Shown: positions 34,932 to 48,528 of the stretch, piece by piece
Layout: the number at the start of each line of letters is the position of its first letter
How positions within the stretch are numbered: position 1 is the first letter of the stretch
DNA from: Candidatus Multivorans sp.
Lineage (GTDB): Bacteria > Acidobacteriota > Thermoanaerobaculia > Multivoradales > Multivoraceae
Assembly: GCA_965247095.1 (NCBI GenBank)
Contig: OZ251997.1
Coordinates: 3,520,001 to 3,584,000, forward strand
Reading direction: 5' to 3'
Length of the DNA stretch: 64,000 bases
The notes under the pieces: model-generated
Seen by the model: the letters and a program-made list of their open reading frames with translations, nothing else
The model's database searches: none
Told to the model about the DNA's origin: nothing
Position numbers and translations under genes: made by a program

Positions 34932-35795
34932 GTGCCCGACGACCGCAGGCCCCTGCCGGGGGCCGCTCGAATCGTCGATCTGCTCGACCTGGGCTCAGGA
35001 CACCTGCGCGGTTCCGTCGACAAGCCGCGCCGGGAGGCGGCGCTGCTGCTCGGCGAGGTTCTGGGGCTCGACGAGGCGCAGCTCTACGCCCGCTCGGACG
35101 ACGATGTCCCCAAGTCTGCCGCGCTGAGCTACGCGGACCTGATCCGGCGCCGCGCGGATCGGGTACCGATGGCCTATCTGGTGGGCCGGCGCGAGTTCTA
35201 CGGCCGCAGCTTCGAAGTCGATCCGCGGGTCCTGATTCCACGGCCGGAGACGGAACATGTGGTGGAGGCGGTCCTGGACCATGTCGTTGACGGCAGCCGT
35301 GTGCTCGACCTGGGCACCGGATCCGGCTGTATCGCGGTCACCGTGGCGCTGGAGCGCCCGGACGCCTCCCTGGTTGCAACGGACCTTTCGTTCGGTGCGC
35401 TTACGGTGGCGGCATCGAACTGCCGCCGGCACGGGGTCGACGGCCGGGTGCGCCTGGTTTCTGTCGACCTGCTGTCGGCCCTTCGGCTGCAGGCGTTCGA
35501 TGTCGTCGTCTCGAACCCGCCCTACATCGGCCTGGACGAATGGAACTCCCTGATGCCCGAAGTCCGCGATCACGAGCCGCCGGAGGCGCTGTTCGCCGGC
35601 GACGGGCTCGACTTCTACCGGCGCCTATTGGCTGCCGGGGACGGGTTCGCCGCCGGTCAGCAGCTCCTGGTGGAGATCGGGAAGGGCCAGCTCGACGGCG
35701 TGGTGGAGTTGGCGGAGGGCGGCGGGTTCGCGGTCGAGGCCGTGGTCGCGGACCTGGCCGGGATCCCGCGGGTTGTCCGTCTGCGGCGGGGGTAA
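34932..35795 (+). CDS. prmC: Release factor glutamine methyltransferase
   Basis: VLIPRPETE, LDLGTGSG, SNPPY; follows prfA. Confidence 0.93.
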   Translation: MPDDRRPLPGAARIVDLLDLGSGHLRGSVDKPRREAALLLGEVLGLDEAQLYARSDDDVPKSAALSYADLIRRRADRVPMAYLVGRREFYGRSFEVDPRVLIPRPETEHVVEAVLDHVVDGSRVLDLGTGSGCIAVTVALERPDASLVATDLSFGALTVAASNCRRHGVDGRVRLVSVDLLSALRLQAFDVVVSNPPYIGLDEWNSLMPEVRDHEPPEALFAGDGLDFYRRLLAAGDGFAAGQQLLVEIGKGQLDGVVELAEGGGFAVEAVVADLAGIPRVVRLRRG

Positions 35796-35821
35796 CAGCT
35801 CGGGCCTCAGGGGCTACGTGG

Positions 35822-36511
35822 TCAGCAGAACTTGCGCCCCACCACCACCGCGATCCCTGCCTCCCGCCAGACGCACTCGGCGTCGAATCCCGCCGCCGCT
35901 ACGGCCGCCAGCTCCTCCTCGAGCGGGAAATACGTGTCCTCCGCCGACCATTCCTCGAAGTGCTCGAACGCGCGCCGCTCGTCGATGCCCTGCGCCACCA
36001 TGTGGTCCGCCCAGGCGCGCCAGGTCGCCTCGGCGGCGGTAGGTTCGGCCGGCATCGTCGCGTCGGCGTTGACGAAGACGCCGCCCGGTTCGAGTGCTTC
36101 GTGTATCTGCCGGTAGAGCGCCCTCTTCTTGTCCAGGGTCGGTATGTGGTGCAGCGCCAGGGACGCCGCCGCACCGTGGCAGCGGGGCAACGCTTCGAGG
36201 AACGATGCCTCCACAAAGAGCGCCCGGGGGCCGAACCGCGCCAGCCTTGTCTTGGCCTGCGCGAGCATCTCGCCGTCGATGTCGATCAGCTCGACGGCGC
36301 CGCCGCCGCCGACTTCGAGGATCGCCTCGGCCAGAGCGCCGGTTCCACCGCCGAGGTCGAGCACGCGGCCCGAGGCGACCGGCGCCAGTTCGCGGGCGGC
36401 GGCGCGAAGCATTTCCTCGTAGCCGGGGATGAACTGGCGGATCGTCGCGTCGTAGGCGTTGATGGCGACCCGCAGGTGACGGCGAACGGAGTGAGGCGCG
36501 GCGCCGGTCAT
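35822..36511 (-). CDS. Class I SAM-dependent methyltransferase (CmoA-like)
   Basis: YDATIRQFIPGYEEM, VLDLGGGTG, SLALHH, LEPGGVFVNAD. Confidence 0.85.
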   Translation of the reverse strand: MTGAAPHSVRRHLRVAINAYDATIRQFIPGYEEMLRAAARELAPVASGRVLDLGGGTGALAEAILEVGGGGAVELIDIDGEMLAQAKTRLARFGPRALFVEASFLEALPRCHGAAASLALHHIPTLDKKRALYRQIHEALEPGGVFVNADATMPAEPTAAEATWRAWADHMVAQGIDERRAFEHFEEWSAEDTYFPLEEELAAVAAAGFDAECVWREAGIAVVVGRKFC

Positions 36512-36562
36512 GGGGTTAGAGTGTACGGATCCGCACGGCCTGGTGCAGGAGAGGAGAAGCCG

Positions 36563-37957
<1,395 letters not shown>

Positions 37958-37992
37958 TGGCGCCTCGGCGCGCCCTGAGGGAGAGAAGTGAC

Positions 37993-38874
37993 ATGAGCAG
38001 AACGTTGAAGTCCGGTTTGATCCAGATGTCGCTGCCGGAGGGGGACTGGGGCAGCGCCACGGGGCCGGAGGACATCGCCGCGACCGTGGAGGCGATGACC
38101 GCCAAGCACATCCCCTACATCGAGGATGCGGGCGCCCAGGGTGTCCAGGTTCTTTGTCTGCAGGAGGTGTTCAACACCCCCTACTTCTGTCCCAGCCAGG
38201 ACTCGGCCTGGTTTGCCGCGGCAGAATCGGTGCCGGGGCCGACCACCGAACGGATGGCGGAGTACGCGCGCAGGTACCGCATGGTGATGATCGTCCCCAT
38301 CTACGAACGGGAGACGGCGGGCATCCTCTACAACACCGCGGCGGTGATCGACGCCGACGGCGCCTACCTCGGCAAGTACCGGAAGACGCACATCCCGCAG
38401 ACCTCCGGCTTCTGGGAGAAGTACTTCTTTCGCCCGGGCAACCTCGGCTACCCGGTGTTCGACACCGCCTACGGCAGGATCGGCGTCTACATCTGCTACG
38501 ACCGCCACTTCCCGGAAGGCGCCCGGGCGCTCGGTCTGGCCGGCGCCGAGATCGTCTACAACCCCTCCGCCACGGTGGCCGGGCTTTCGGACCACCTGTG
38601 GACGATCGAACAACCCGCGCACGCGGTGGCGAACGGCTACTTCATGGGCTGCATCAACCGCGTCGGCACCGAAGCGCCCTGGGATCTGGGCTCGTTCTAC
38701 GGCAGCAGCTACTTCGTCGACCCGCGCGGCCGGATCGTGGCGCAGGCCTCCCGGGACGCCGACGAGCTCCTGGTCGCCGACCTCGACCTGAGCGTGATCG
38801 ACGAGGTCCGGTCCGTCTGGCAGTTCTACCGCGATCGGAGACCGGAGGCCTACGAGCAGATCGTCAAGCTTTAG
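37993..38874 (+). CDS. Nitrilase-family beta-ureidopropionase / N-carbamoyl amidohydrolase
   Basis: E-K-C triad: CLQEVF, YRKTHIP, ICYDRHFPE; co-oriented after hydA. Confidence 0.88.
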   Translation: MSRTLKSGLIQMSLPEGDWGSATGPEDIAATVEAMTAKHIPYIEDAGAQGVQVLCLQEVFNTPYFCPSQDSAWFAAAESVPGPTTERMAEYARRYRMVMIVPIYERETAGILYNTAAVIDADGAYLGKYRKTHIPQTSGFWEKYFFRPGNLGYPVFDTAYGRIGVYICYDRHFPEGARALGLAGAEIVYNPSATVAGLSDHLWTIEQPAHAVANGYFMGCINRVGTEAPWDLGSFYGSSYFVDPRGRIVAQASRDADELLVADLDLSVIDEVRSVWQFYRDRRPEAYEQIVKL

Positions 38875-38877
38875 CGA

Positions 38878-40253
<1,376 letters not shown>

Positions 40254-40257
<4 letters not shown>

Positions 40258-43106
40258 GGTCCTGGCACTTGCGGCTCTAGCGGCGACGAGACCATCTGTG
40301 GCAGGCGGACGGTGAATCGGCAGCCCGCGGGATCGAGGTTGGCGACGGAGAGGTCGCCGCCGTGCCGGCGCACGATCTCCTGGCTGATGGAGAGACCGAG
40401 GCCGGTGCCGCCGCTGGCCTTGCGAGTGGAGAAGAAAGGCTCGAATACACGTTCGAGGTGCTGTTCGCGAATGCCGGGGCCCGTGTCGTCGATGAATACG
40501 TTGATTTCGCCGTCCAGGTGCCATCCCGGCACCCGCTGACGGGTGCCGGGACTGGTTCGCGTTTGGCGCGAGGACGCGCCAACCGGGTTCCGCACCGCGA
40601 GGGTGAGCCTTCTCGGTCCCGAGCCTGCCTCCGTCATCGCGTCGACGGCATTCGCCAACAGGTTGGCGAGCACCTGGCCCAGCTCGGTGTCGTTGCCGAG
40701 CACCCAGACCGTGTTGTCGGGGTCGAGGTCGACGTGGACTTCGACGCCCGCCTCGGCGAAACGCTCGGCGAGCATGTCGCAGCTCTCCTGGATGACGGCG
40801 CCCAGGTCGACGGCGGCGGGCTCGTACCGGCCTCGGCGCGCGAAGTCCAGCAGCGTGTTCACGATGCGGGCGGCGCGGAAGGTCTGGCGCTCGACCTTGC
40901 GCAGCAGGCGCCGGCGCGGATCCCGTTCGGGAGTTTCGGCGAGCAGCATCTGGGCGTAGCTCGAGATGCCGGTCAGCGGCGTGTTCACCTCGTGGGCGAC
41001 GCCGGCGGCCATGGCGCCGATGGCCGCCAGGCGCTGGTTCTCGGCCAGTTTCCTCTTCATCGCTTCGCGTTCGGTGATGTCGAGGGCGACAACGACCCGA
41101 TGACCGGGGACGGCGCCCAGGAACTCGGCGACCGACAACTGCAGGTGCTGCTCGCGCCTCTTCGAGTCCTCAAACCGGACCTCGACGGGCGGGGCGCCCT
41201 GCTTCGGGAAGAACTGGAGCGGGATCAGTTCGTGGAGGGCCTGGCCCTCGAGGTCGCTCCGGCTGAGCCCGACCAGGGCCGCGAAGGCGACGTTCGCGGT
41301 CACGATGCGGCTTGTGGAGTCGACGACGGCGATGCCGGCGGGGGAGGACTCGATGATCTCGTCGCTGAACTGCTTGAGTTCGGAGACGCGGTCCAACTGC
41401 CGCCGGCTCTGTTCCAGCAATTGCGCGTTCTCGATCGCCAGCGCCGCCTGGTTCAACAGTTGGCGAATCAGCGCAAGGTCGTCGCTGGACAGCGGTGCGC
41501 CGCCGGTGTGGTGACCGACGTACAGTAGGCCGACCCGGCGATCGCGCACCTCCAGCGGGAAGACGTAGTGATAACCGAGGACCGACAGCCGCATCGGGGT
41601 GCTCTTCGCGGTGTCGGCGAGCGGCGCCGGCGCGAGCAGGAAGTGGGACTCGCTCCAGATCAAAGCGTCCACTTCACTGAGTTCGAGGGCGGGCGCTTCC
41701 GGTTCTTCTCTGACCGCGACGAGCTGGTCTCCCTCGACCAGGAACAGGTTGCTGTGCTCCAGGTCCAGCCCCTCTTCGAGCTCCTTCAGCATGATCGAGG
41801 CGAGCCGGCCGAGATCTCGTTCGTGGAGCAGTTCTTCGCCCAGCCGCTCCAGGGCGCGCCGGCTCTGCTGCGCCCGGTACTGGAGCCGCTGGAGGCTCGT
41901 GCCGATGGCCTGCCTTACCGGGATCGAGAGGGTGCCGATGACCAGGAGAGCGCTGGCGTTGAGGAAGCCCCTTGCTACGACCATGTCCGGGGGCACGCCG
42001 CGACGGATGAGCAAGCTGAGCAGGGAGAACCCGAGCACGGCCAGCAGCACGGTGAGCGCGTAGGTCGCGACATCGCGGGCGATAACGGCCACGTCCCAGA
42101 GCCGGTAGCGCAGCAGGGCGTAGGCGAAGCTCAGCGGCACCAGCGCCAGGGGCGCGGTGGCGGCGACGCTCAGCCAGGCGGGCGCCGGGAGCTGAAAGGA
42201 GAGGGGCACGACGTAGAGCAGCAGGAAGGGCAGGTAGCCGCCGGCGACGCCGAACGCGATCCACTGGGTCTGGCGGCCCTGTTCCCAACCGTGGCGGGAC
42301 AGCAGGCTGCGACCGAGGACCCCGGCCGCCGCCAGCGCATAGGCGACGAGCAGGAAGAGCTCGATGCGGTCCTGCATCTCCAGGGTGGCTGCGTTCAACC
42401 CGCCGGTGAGCATGCCGCTGCCGAAGATCTGGTCGAACTGCACCACCAGGAGCGCCATGGCCGGCAGGTAGAGCCAGGGCGCCGCGCGGCGCAGCCAGCG
42501 GGAGCGCGGCCGCGCCGGGAACACGAGGAAGAAGTGCAGTGTCAGCGGCGGCAGCAGGAGGCGGCAGACGCCGTCGACGAGGTAGAAGACGCGGTCGATG
42601 CCGTCGTAGGGGGCGGCCGGCGTCAACAGGTAGACGGCGGCCGACGTCAACGTCCAGAGGTGGAAGAGCAGGATCGGCCGGCTGCGCTGCCGGCTCAGTG
42701 TGTAGAGGCCGATCAGCAGGTAGGCGATCCCGGTCAGGGCGAGCGCGATGTAGGCCCAGTCCAGAGTCACCCCGGGCAGGCTGTGCCGGGCCGAGACCAG
42801 TTCGTCGTCCCGAAGCACCTCCAGGTCGCTCTCGCTGCAGCAGCGCAGCAACCGGTCCAGCTCGTCGGCGGACAGCGCCCGTTCGCCGTTGACCAGGACG
42901 ATGATGTCGCCGATCTGGAGGTCGGAGGCCTCGTTCGCCGACGCCACCCGCAGTCCGCTGTCGGTCGCCTCGGCCACCAGGCCGATCGTCTGGAAGGAAG
43001 CCACCTTGCGGCCGACGGAGAACCCGCCCAGGCCGACGACCAGAATGGTCAGCAGGAGCAACGCCGCAGTGAGGCCGAGTCGGGCTGGTCGGGACTCGAT
43101 GCGCAT
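40254..43106 (-). CDS. Multi-TM sensor histidine kinase (PDZ-like, GAF, PAS, HisKA, HATPase)
   Basis: AHEVNTPL H-box, NLLANAVDA, DTGPGI, FEPFFST, GTGLGL; overlaps the regulator start. Confidence 0.9.
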
Positions 43107-43194
43107 CGGGGATCTCGCGGGTCGTGGTGTGTGGCTTCTTCGCCTCAGGCGGGGCCTCAGGCTACTGTTCTCGGGGCCGATTCAGTATCTAGAA

Positions 43195-43210
43195 AGCACG
43201 TGCTGTGCCA
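43195..43210 (-). promoter_or_regulatory. Candidate sigma54 -24/-12 promoter upstream of the kinase-regulator operon
   Basis: Minus strand TGGCACAGCACGTGCT has GG-N10-GC spacing. Confidence 0.5.
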
Positions 43211-43456
43211 CCGGGCGCCGACCCTTGCCCCTTGATTCTAGGGCAGGTTAACCCATTTGGGGGTCAAGGTGGGTTCAATCTGTTGGTTTTTGGACGGTTT
43301 GTTGAACTGCCCGTACCCAAGGGAACGGGTTCTTGGATTGCAGCAGGGCGTTGCAGCAACGCGACGGCGGTGCTCCGGGTGCGCGGGCTGTTGCGCGGGT
43401 CTTCTGACCCGCGATCCGCGCGATGCCGCGAAGCGGCGAGCCCAGTGACTCGCCTG

Positions 43457-45511
43457 CTAGAAGCGGACCGCGATCCCCGCCACGACGCGGCGGCGGAGCT
43501 GGTCGGGGTCGTGGCTGGAACTGATCGGCACGTGTCCGCGGCTGAGCTGCATCTCGAGTTGCAGAGCCCAGTCCTGCAGGCCCGTGATCCAGGGCAGGCC
43601 CTGGGTCAGCACGACCTGGATGCGCTCCACGGAGAGCACGGTGTCGGGGCCGGCGGGCCGGAAGTCGGCGGCGTCGTGGGTCACGGGCGAGAGTTCCTGT
43701 TCGACCCAGCGGTAGGCGACCAGGACGCCGGTCGAGCTGCGCTCGAACTGGGTGTCGGCGCTTGCGACGAGGTAGCGGATCTCGTTGCGGAGACTGCCGC
43801 CGCCCTTGGCGCGCAGCAGGCCGCCGCCGCCGACGGCCGCCGAGGAACTGACGCGGGTCAGGATCTTCTCGCCCAGGCGCTGCTGCAGACCGAACTGGAG
43901 TTCCTCGACCTGATCGCCGTCGACCAGCAGCAGGCTCTCGAGCCGGTCGAAGATGTCGCGGCTGAAGTACAACCGGACGTTGTCGGCGAACTGACGCCGG
44001 TTGGCGCCGAACTCGAAGCGGTGGTCCTGGTTCTCCGATGCGCCGAGCCGACGGCTGAACTTGACCCGGTAGCAGTGCTCGTAGGTCGTGCCGCAGGTTT
44101 CGTCGTCCTGGTACTGCACCGGCAGGAAGTCGCGGAACAGAAGGTGTTCGGAGTCGACCCGCTGGCTCGCCGCGATCCTCGCCAGCCAGCGCGAACCGAG
44201 TTCGACCACGAAGCCGGCCTCAGGCGTGAACGAGAGACTGCCGTCGCTCAGGGTGCTGAACATCCCGTACTCGAGGATGACGGTGGGCTGGATCTCCCAT
44301 TTGCCCTGACCGAAGACGTCGAAGCGCTGGTGGGAATCCTCGCCCCAACTGGTAAGCCGGCCGTTGCCGTAGGCCTGACGTTCGCGGTAGCTGATGCCGG
44401 TCTCAAGCGACGTGGTGGCGGTGATCTGCCGTTCGTAGGCGCCGCGGAACTCCAGGGTCGTCGACGACAGCGGTGAATCGATCGCGGCCAGCGCCTGGCT
44501 GTGGACCCCGCTGGGGCCGGCGTAGAGATCGCCGAAGCCGTGGTGGAAGTTGTTGTCCGCGGTGTAACGGGCCTCGAAGTGCGAGGCGCCGCCGCCGGCC
44601 GCCCGTTCCACGCGCACGCCGTAGCTCTCCAGACCGGCGGCCACGGCGGGATCCCAGTCGTCCCAGACCCCGGCCTGGGCACCCTGGAAGCGGTGCCGCT
44701 GCGAGGTGAACTGGATGCTGGAGCCCCGGTGGTTCACGTCGAGGGCGAAAGCCTGGCTGTCGCCGAGCGGTTGCTGCGCCGTACCGGTACGGAAGGCCTG
44801 GCGCTTGAACTCGCGCATATCGGAGCGGAGGGCGAGTTGCGTTTCGCCGAACTGGCTGCGGAGATCGAGCTGCCTGCCCAGAACCCGGGCGCCGGCATCG
44901 CCGGTCTCTTCGATGCCGGAGAGGGTCCGGAGCTCGGCCTCGAATCGCTCTCGCTGGATCGCCGTCTCGAGCGCCCAGCCCTGGTCGTCGGCAATCGCCT
45001 CGGCGATCTGGATCTGGCGCAGCACGTCGCTGGGGATGCGCGCGCGGACCGACCAGAAGTCCTCGTCGTTCTCGTCGCCGTCGTTGCCGGAGCGGCGCCC
45101 CCGGGCGCCCAGCTCGAAGTCGAGCGACTGGACCGATTCGCTCGTGGTCCGGGTCAGTTCCGCCACCGCGGGAACGTAACCCGGCCGGTGGGCGATCACC
45201 CGGTAGATGCCGGCGGGCAAGGGCTGGAAGGCGTAGCGCCCGAAGCGATCGGTCGTCGTCCGGAGCTTGCTGCTGTCGGCGACGTCGTACACGTAGACCT
45301 GGGCCGCGGGCAGCGGCGCCTTGCCGGCATTGACGCGGCCGACCAGCCGCCCCGCCGTCGGATCGCCGAGGCTGGGCACGTCGAGGCCCGCCCGGACGGG
45401 CGCGGCGGCGAACAGCGCGACCGCGGCGACCGGCGCCAGGACTCCAGCCGAGAGCAGGCGCGCGCGCGTCACGGTCGACCGGGAGTCACCGGGATGGTTC
45501 CGGCAGTTCAT
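43457..45511 (-). CDS. Outer-membrane protein with N-terminal carboxypeptidase-regulatory-like domain
   Basis: Signal peptide; TTTDRFGRYAFQPLPAGIYRVIA; amphipathic beta-strands; terminal Phe (GIAVRF). Confidence 0.7.
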   Translation of the reverse strand: MNCRNHPGDSRSTVTRARLLSAGVLAPVAAVALFAAAPVRAGLDVPSLGDPTAGRLVGRVNAGKAPLPAAQVYVYDVADSSKLRTTTDRFGRYAFQPLPAGIYRVIAHRPGYVPAVAELTRTTSESVQSLDFELGARGRRSGNDGDENDEDFWSVRARIPSDVLRQIQIAEAIADDQGWALETAIQRERFEAELRTLSGIEETGDAGARVLGRQLDLRSQFGETQLALRSDMREFKRQAFRTGTAQQPLGDSQAFALDVNHRGSSIQFTSQRHRFQGAQAGVWDDWDPAVAAGLESYGVRVERAAGGGASHFEARYTADNNFHHGFGDLYAGPSGVHSQALAAIDSPLSSTTLEFRGAYERQITATTSLETGISYRERQAYGNGRLTSWGEDSHQRFDVFGQGKWEIQPTVILEYGMFSTLSDGSLSFTPEAGFVVELGSRWLARIAASQRVDSEHLLFRDFLPVQYQDDETCGTTYEHCYRVKFSRRLGASENQDHRFEFGANRRQFADNVRLYFSRDIFDRLESLLLVDGDQVEELQFGLQQRLGEKILTRVSSSAAVGGGGLLRAKGGGSLRNEIRYLVASADTQFERSSTGVLVAYRWVEQELSPVTHDAADFRPAGPDTVLSVERIQVVLTQGLPWITGLQDWALQLEMQLSRGHVPISSSHDPDQLRRRVVAGIAVRF

Positions 45512-45546
45512 GTCAGCCAGTCACTATAGCGGATGAGTTGGCCGCT

Positions 45547-46284
45547 TCAGTCAAGCGTGCGCGCCGGCACGAAGACGATGACCCCCGACGCGCCCGCGGC
45601 CCGCAGGCACCGGGCGGCCCGACCGGCCGTGGCGCCCGTGGTGACGACATCGTCGACCAGGAGGACGACGCGGCCACGGACGTCGGCGGGGCGGGCGCAG
45701 TGGAACACGACGGTCGGGTTGGCCAGCCGCTGGCGCCGGCTCCGTCCGACCTGGGGCCGGCCCAGGGTCCGCCGCCGCAGCACGGAGCGCAGGGGGCGCT
45801 CGAGCTGCCTGGCCAGCGGGCGGGCGATCGACTCGGCATGGTTTCGGCCGCGGACGAGGCGGCGGCGCCAGTGCATCGGCATCGGGACGATCAACTCCGC
45901 GCGGCGCAGTTCCATTCCCAGCACGCCCACCGCCTCGGCCGCGATGTGGCGCCCCAGGTAGTCGAGGCGGTGGTGCTTCAGTCCCAGGATCACCTGGTCG
46001 ATCGGCGACCGGTACGCCCAGAGCCAGAAGAAGGCGTCGCAGCCCTCCAGCCGGTCACCGGCCGCGGCGCCGCGCGGAGGCGGCTCAAGCAGGCGGCGGC
46101 AGTCCGGGCACAGGCTGAGCTGCCGCTGGGCCGGAGCGGAGCAGGCGAGACAGACCCGGGGCAGGAGCAGGTGAAGGGCGAACGCAAGGAGCCGCCGCGC
46201 GCAGTTCGTGGCGCTCCGGCCGAGGCGGAGCGCCGCGGCCCGGGCCAGCCGCGAACCTGTCCGTGCGCCCGTCATCGGGCGCAC
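45547..46284 (-). CDS. comF: ComF family phosphoribosyltransferase-like protein
   Basis: CLAC/CPDC zinc ribbon, VPMPMH, RGRNH, LLVDDVVTTGAT. The true start is probably downstream of 46284. Confidence 0.85.
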   Translation of the reverse strand: MRPMTGARTGSRLARAAALRLGRSATNCARRLLAFALHLLLPRVCLACSAPAQRQLSLCPDCRRLLEPPPRGAAAGDRLEGCDAFFWLWAYRSPIDQVILGLKHHRLDYLGRHIAAEAVGVLGMELRRAELIVPMPMHWRRRLVRGRNHAESIARPLARQLERPLRSVLRRRTLGRPQVGRSRRQRLANPTVVFHCARPADVRGRVVLLVDDVVTTGATAGRAARCLRAAGASGVIVFVPARTLD

Positions 46285-46287
46285 GGA
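46260..46287. repeat. REP-like palindrome, copy 1
   Basis: TCCGTGCGCCCG-TCAT-CGGGCGCACGGA is a perfect inverted repeat; near-identical copy at 57936. Confidence 0.7.
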
Positions 46288-46456
46288 AGGACGTTTTGGC
46301 GCCGAGATCCGTAGAACGAGGTAGGCAATCTTCCGGTGGGTGGGCCGTTCTGGGTCATTCCTGCCGACAAGGACGGATTTCGCCCGCCCTTTTGGGGTGC
46401 TGGGTGTTGTGGGGTGCTGGTTGCTAGAGTCCCGGCGCGCCTATAAGGAGATTCAC

Positions 46457-47035
46457 TTGACCGCATCGGATCCTCAGTCCCGTCCCGGGCGCGTGCGCCA
46501 GTGGGCGCCGCGACGCGCTTGCCGCCCCGTCGTCCTGTTGCTGGCGACGGTCCTCCTGCTGCTCGCCGGCGTGGGCACGGTCGCAGCCCAGGAGCGGTAC
46601 AGCTACACCGTCACGCTCAGCCCGACGATCGGCGGCAGTTTCAGCGAGGGAACCGACAACGGAGGCGTCCAGGCCGCGTTCTCCTGGCGCACGCAGCCGC
46701 GCACCGCGGTCGGGATTCGTCTCGGCAGCATCGGTCTCAGCGACGATCAGGTGGGCTCTTTTTTGAGCCCGACCTTCCGCTACGTGACGATCGCGGGCGA
46801 GTACCGCTTCCAGGAGCTCTACTACCAGTCCGGTGTGTTCTTCGGCCTCGGCCTCTACCAGCTCGGCAACGGCGTGGACTCGGAGGAGGGCGCCGGCCTG
46901 ACGCTCGGCGTCTCCGGCGACTTCCCGATCAACGAGCGTCTGTCGGTGATCGTGGAGCTCTCGGGCCACTACGCGGACATCGATGCCGCCGGCACCTACG
47001 CCGCCGTCCACGCGGGCGTGGCGTACCAGTTCTAG
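46457..47035 (+). CDS. Small outer-membrane beta-barrel protein
   Basis: RBS AAGGAG + TTG; signal peptide ending AAQ; amphipathic strands; C-terminal GVAYQF. Confidence 0.75.
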   Translation: MTASDPQSRPGRVRQWAPRRACRPVVLLLATVLLLLAGVGTVAAQERYSYTVTLSPTIGGSFSEGTDNGGVQAAFSWRTQPRTAVGIRLGSIGLSDDQVGSFLSPTFRYVTIAGEYRFQELYYQSGVFFGLGLYQLGNGVDSEEGAGLTLGVSGDFPINERLSVIVELSGHYADIDAAGTYAAVHAGVAYQF

Positions 47036-47127
47036 GAGCGTTCCAGGAGCCAAGGGCCGGGCGGATCGTCGCCCCGATTGGCAGCTTGCGCCGGAGACTG
47101 CTGCCAACTGATATGTTCGCCGCTGTC

Positions 47128-47484
47128 ATGCCTCTCTACGAGTACCAGTGCAGGGAGTGCGAGGCCACGCTGGAGGCGATCCAGGCGTTCGCCGCGCCGC
47201 CGCTTGAGGAGTGTCCGGAGTGCGGCCGGAGCAGCCTGAAGAAGCTGCTCTCCGCGCCCGCAATCCAGTTCAAGGGCAGCGGCTGGTACGTGAACGACTA
47301 CGCCCGCAAGGACAAGAGTGCGGCCGGGGAAGCCAAGTCCGACGGCGCTGCGGCGAGCGGCAACGGCTCGGGCAGCAACGGCAAGTCCGAGGCGAAGGAG
47401 TCGTCCTCGGACTCGGGCAAGAAGGCCGGCGCCTCGACCTCCTCCGCGAAGAGCGACGGTTCCAAGGCCGCCGCGGCCTCGTAG
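47128..47484 (+). CDS. FmdB family zinc-ribbon protein
   Basis: MPLYEYQCREC...CPECG...FKGSGWYVNDY plus a low-complexity S/K/A tail. Confidence 0.9.
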   Translation: MPLYEYQCRECEATLEAIQAFAAPPLEECPECGRSSLKKLLSAPAIQFKGSGWYVNDYARKDKSAAGEAKSDGAAASGNGSGSNGKSEAKESSSDSGKKAGASTSSAKSDGSKAAAAS

Positions 47485-47532
47485 CGGCGTCCGGCGCGCC
47501 GTCCTCCAAAGCTGCCGGGCGTTGCTGGCGCC

Positions 47533-47588
47533 GTGGCGGAAGCGCATGGGAATCGAACCCACCCCCGGTGACGCATTACGCCCCGGAC
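47533..47588 (-). repeat. Duplicate of the tRNA-Sec 3' half (att-like site)
   Basis: 56 bp matching 47610-47665 with one mismatch; includes the variable arm, T-arm and CCA. Confidence 0.9.
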
Positions 47589-47610
47589 CAGCGACTTGTG
47601 AAGACGCCGG

Positions 47611-47710
47611 TGGCGGAAGCGCATGGGAATCGAACCCACCCCCGGTGACGCATCACGCCCCGGACAACGGTTTTGAAGACCGCAGGAGGCACCAGCCCCC
47701 GAGCGCTTCC
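47611..47710 (-). tRNA. selC: tRNA-Sec (anticodon TCA)
   Basis: GGAAGCGC...CGGTCTTCAAAACCG...long variable arm...GGTTCGATTCC...GCGCTTCCGCCA; 8-bp acceptor stem. Confidence 0.93.
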
Positions 47711-47777
47711 GCCGGGCAGCATATCCTCCGCCCACCGGTTCAGCGCCGGACTCCACGACCGAAACAGGAGCGCAACG

Positions 47778-48380
47778 ATGAGGATCCTGACCGCCAACCC
47801 ACTGCCCCGCGTGCCGGCGCTCGGTCTGACGCTCCTGCTTCTGGCCTGCGGCCCCGACGCGCCCGCCCAGGGAAACGCCGGCGCCGAGGAGGGAGCGCGG
47901 GCCGTCGAGCTGTCGGCGCCGGTCGGCGCCAACGGCATCTCGATCGCACTGCCGGCGGCGTGGAACCGGGTCGAACCCCGATCGCAAATGCGCATGCTGG
48001 AGGCGGAGATTCCCGGTTCGAGCGGTTCGGGCGAGATCTCGATGTACTACTTCGGGCCCGGCGGCGGCGGCGGCGCGGCGGCGAACGTCGAACGCTGGAA
48101 GAGCCAGGTCGTCCTCGAAGCCGGCGCGCCCGAGCCCATCACCCAGAGCCGGGAGAGCAATGGCGTCCGCCGCATCTGGATCGAGCTCGAGGGCACGGTC
48201 AAGGCGAGCACGATCGGGAGCTTCCCGACCACGGACCAGCCGAACTTCGCGCTCTACGGCGCGGTCATCGAAGCGCCCGGCGGCCCCTGGTTCCTGCGCG
48301 CCGTCGGGCCCGCCGCGACGATGCGAGAGCAGCGTCAGGCGTTCCTGGCGATGCTCGACAGCGCCAGCCCGGAGGGCTGA
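47778..48380 (+). CDS. Hypothetical lipoprotein
   Basis: RBS AGGAG; lipobox LLLAC; GGGAAANVERWKSQ, GPWFLRAVGP. Confidence 0.75.
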   Translation: MRILTANPLPRVPALGLTLLLLACGPDAPAQGNAGAEEGARAVELSAPVGANGISIALPAAWNRVEPRSQMRMLEAEIPGSSGSGEISMYYFGPGGGGGAAANVERWKSQVVLEAGAPEPITQSRESNGVRRIWIELEGTVKASTIGSFPTTDQPNFALYGAVIEAPGGPWFLRAVGPAATMREQRQAFLAMLDSASPEG

Positions 48381-48409
48381 GGGCGGCTGCGGCTTCAGGC
48401 CGACCGGAA

Positions 48410-48485
<76 letters not shown>

Positions 48486-48528
48486 ACGGTTCGGCGGCGC
48501 GCGAGTGTAGCAGCAGGCTACGGGCCTG

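Noticed and set aside
31459-35241. 1260-aa ORF as a giant Slt fusion
   Set aside because: The N-terminal ~500 aa are the antisense shadow of prfA/prmC; real coding begins near 33708.
47533-47665. CRISPR array
   Set aside because: Only two repeats, both tRNA-derived; no cas genes in the window.
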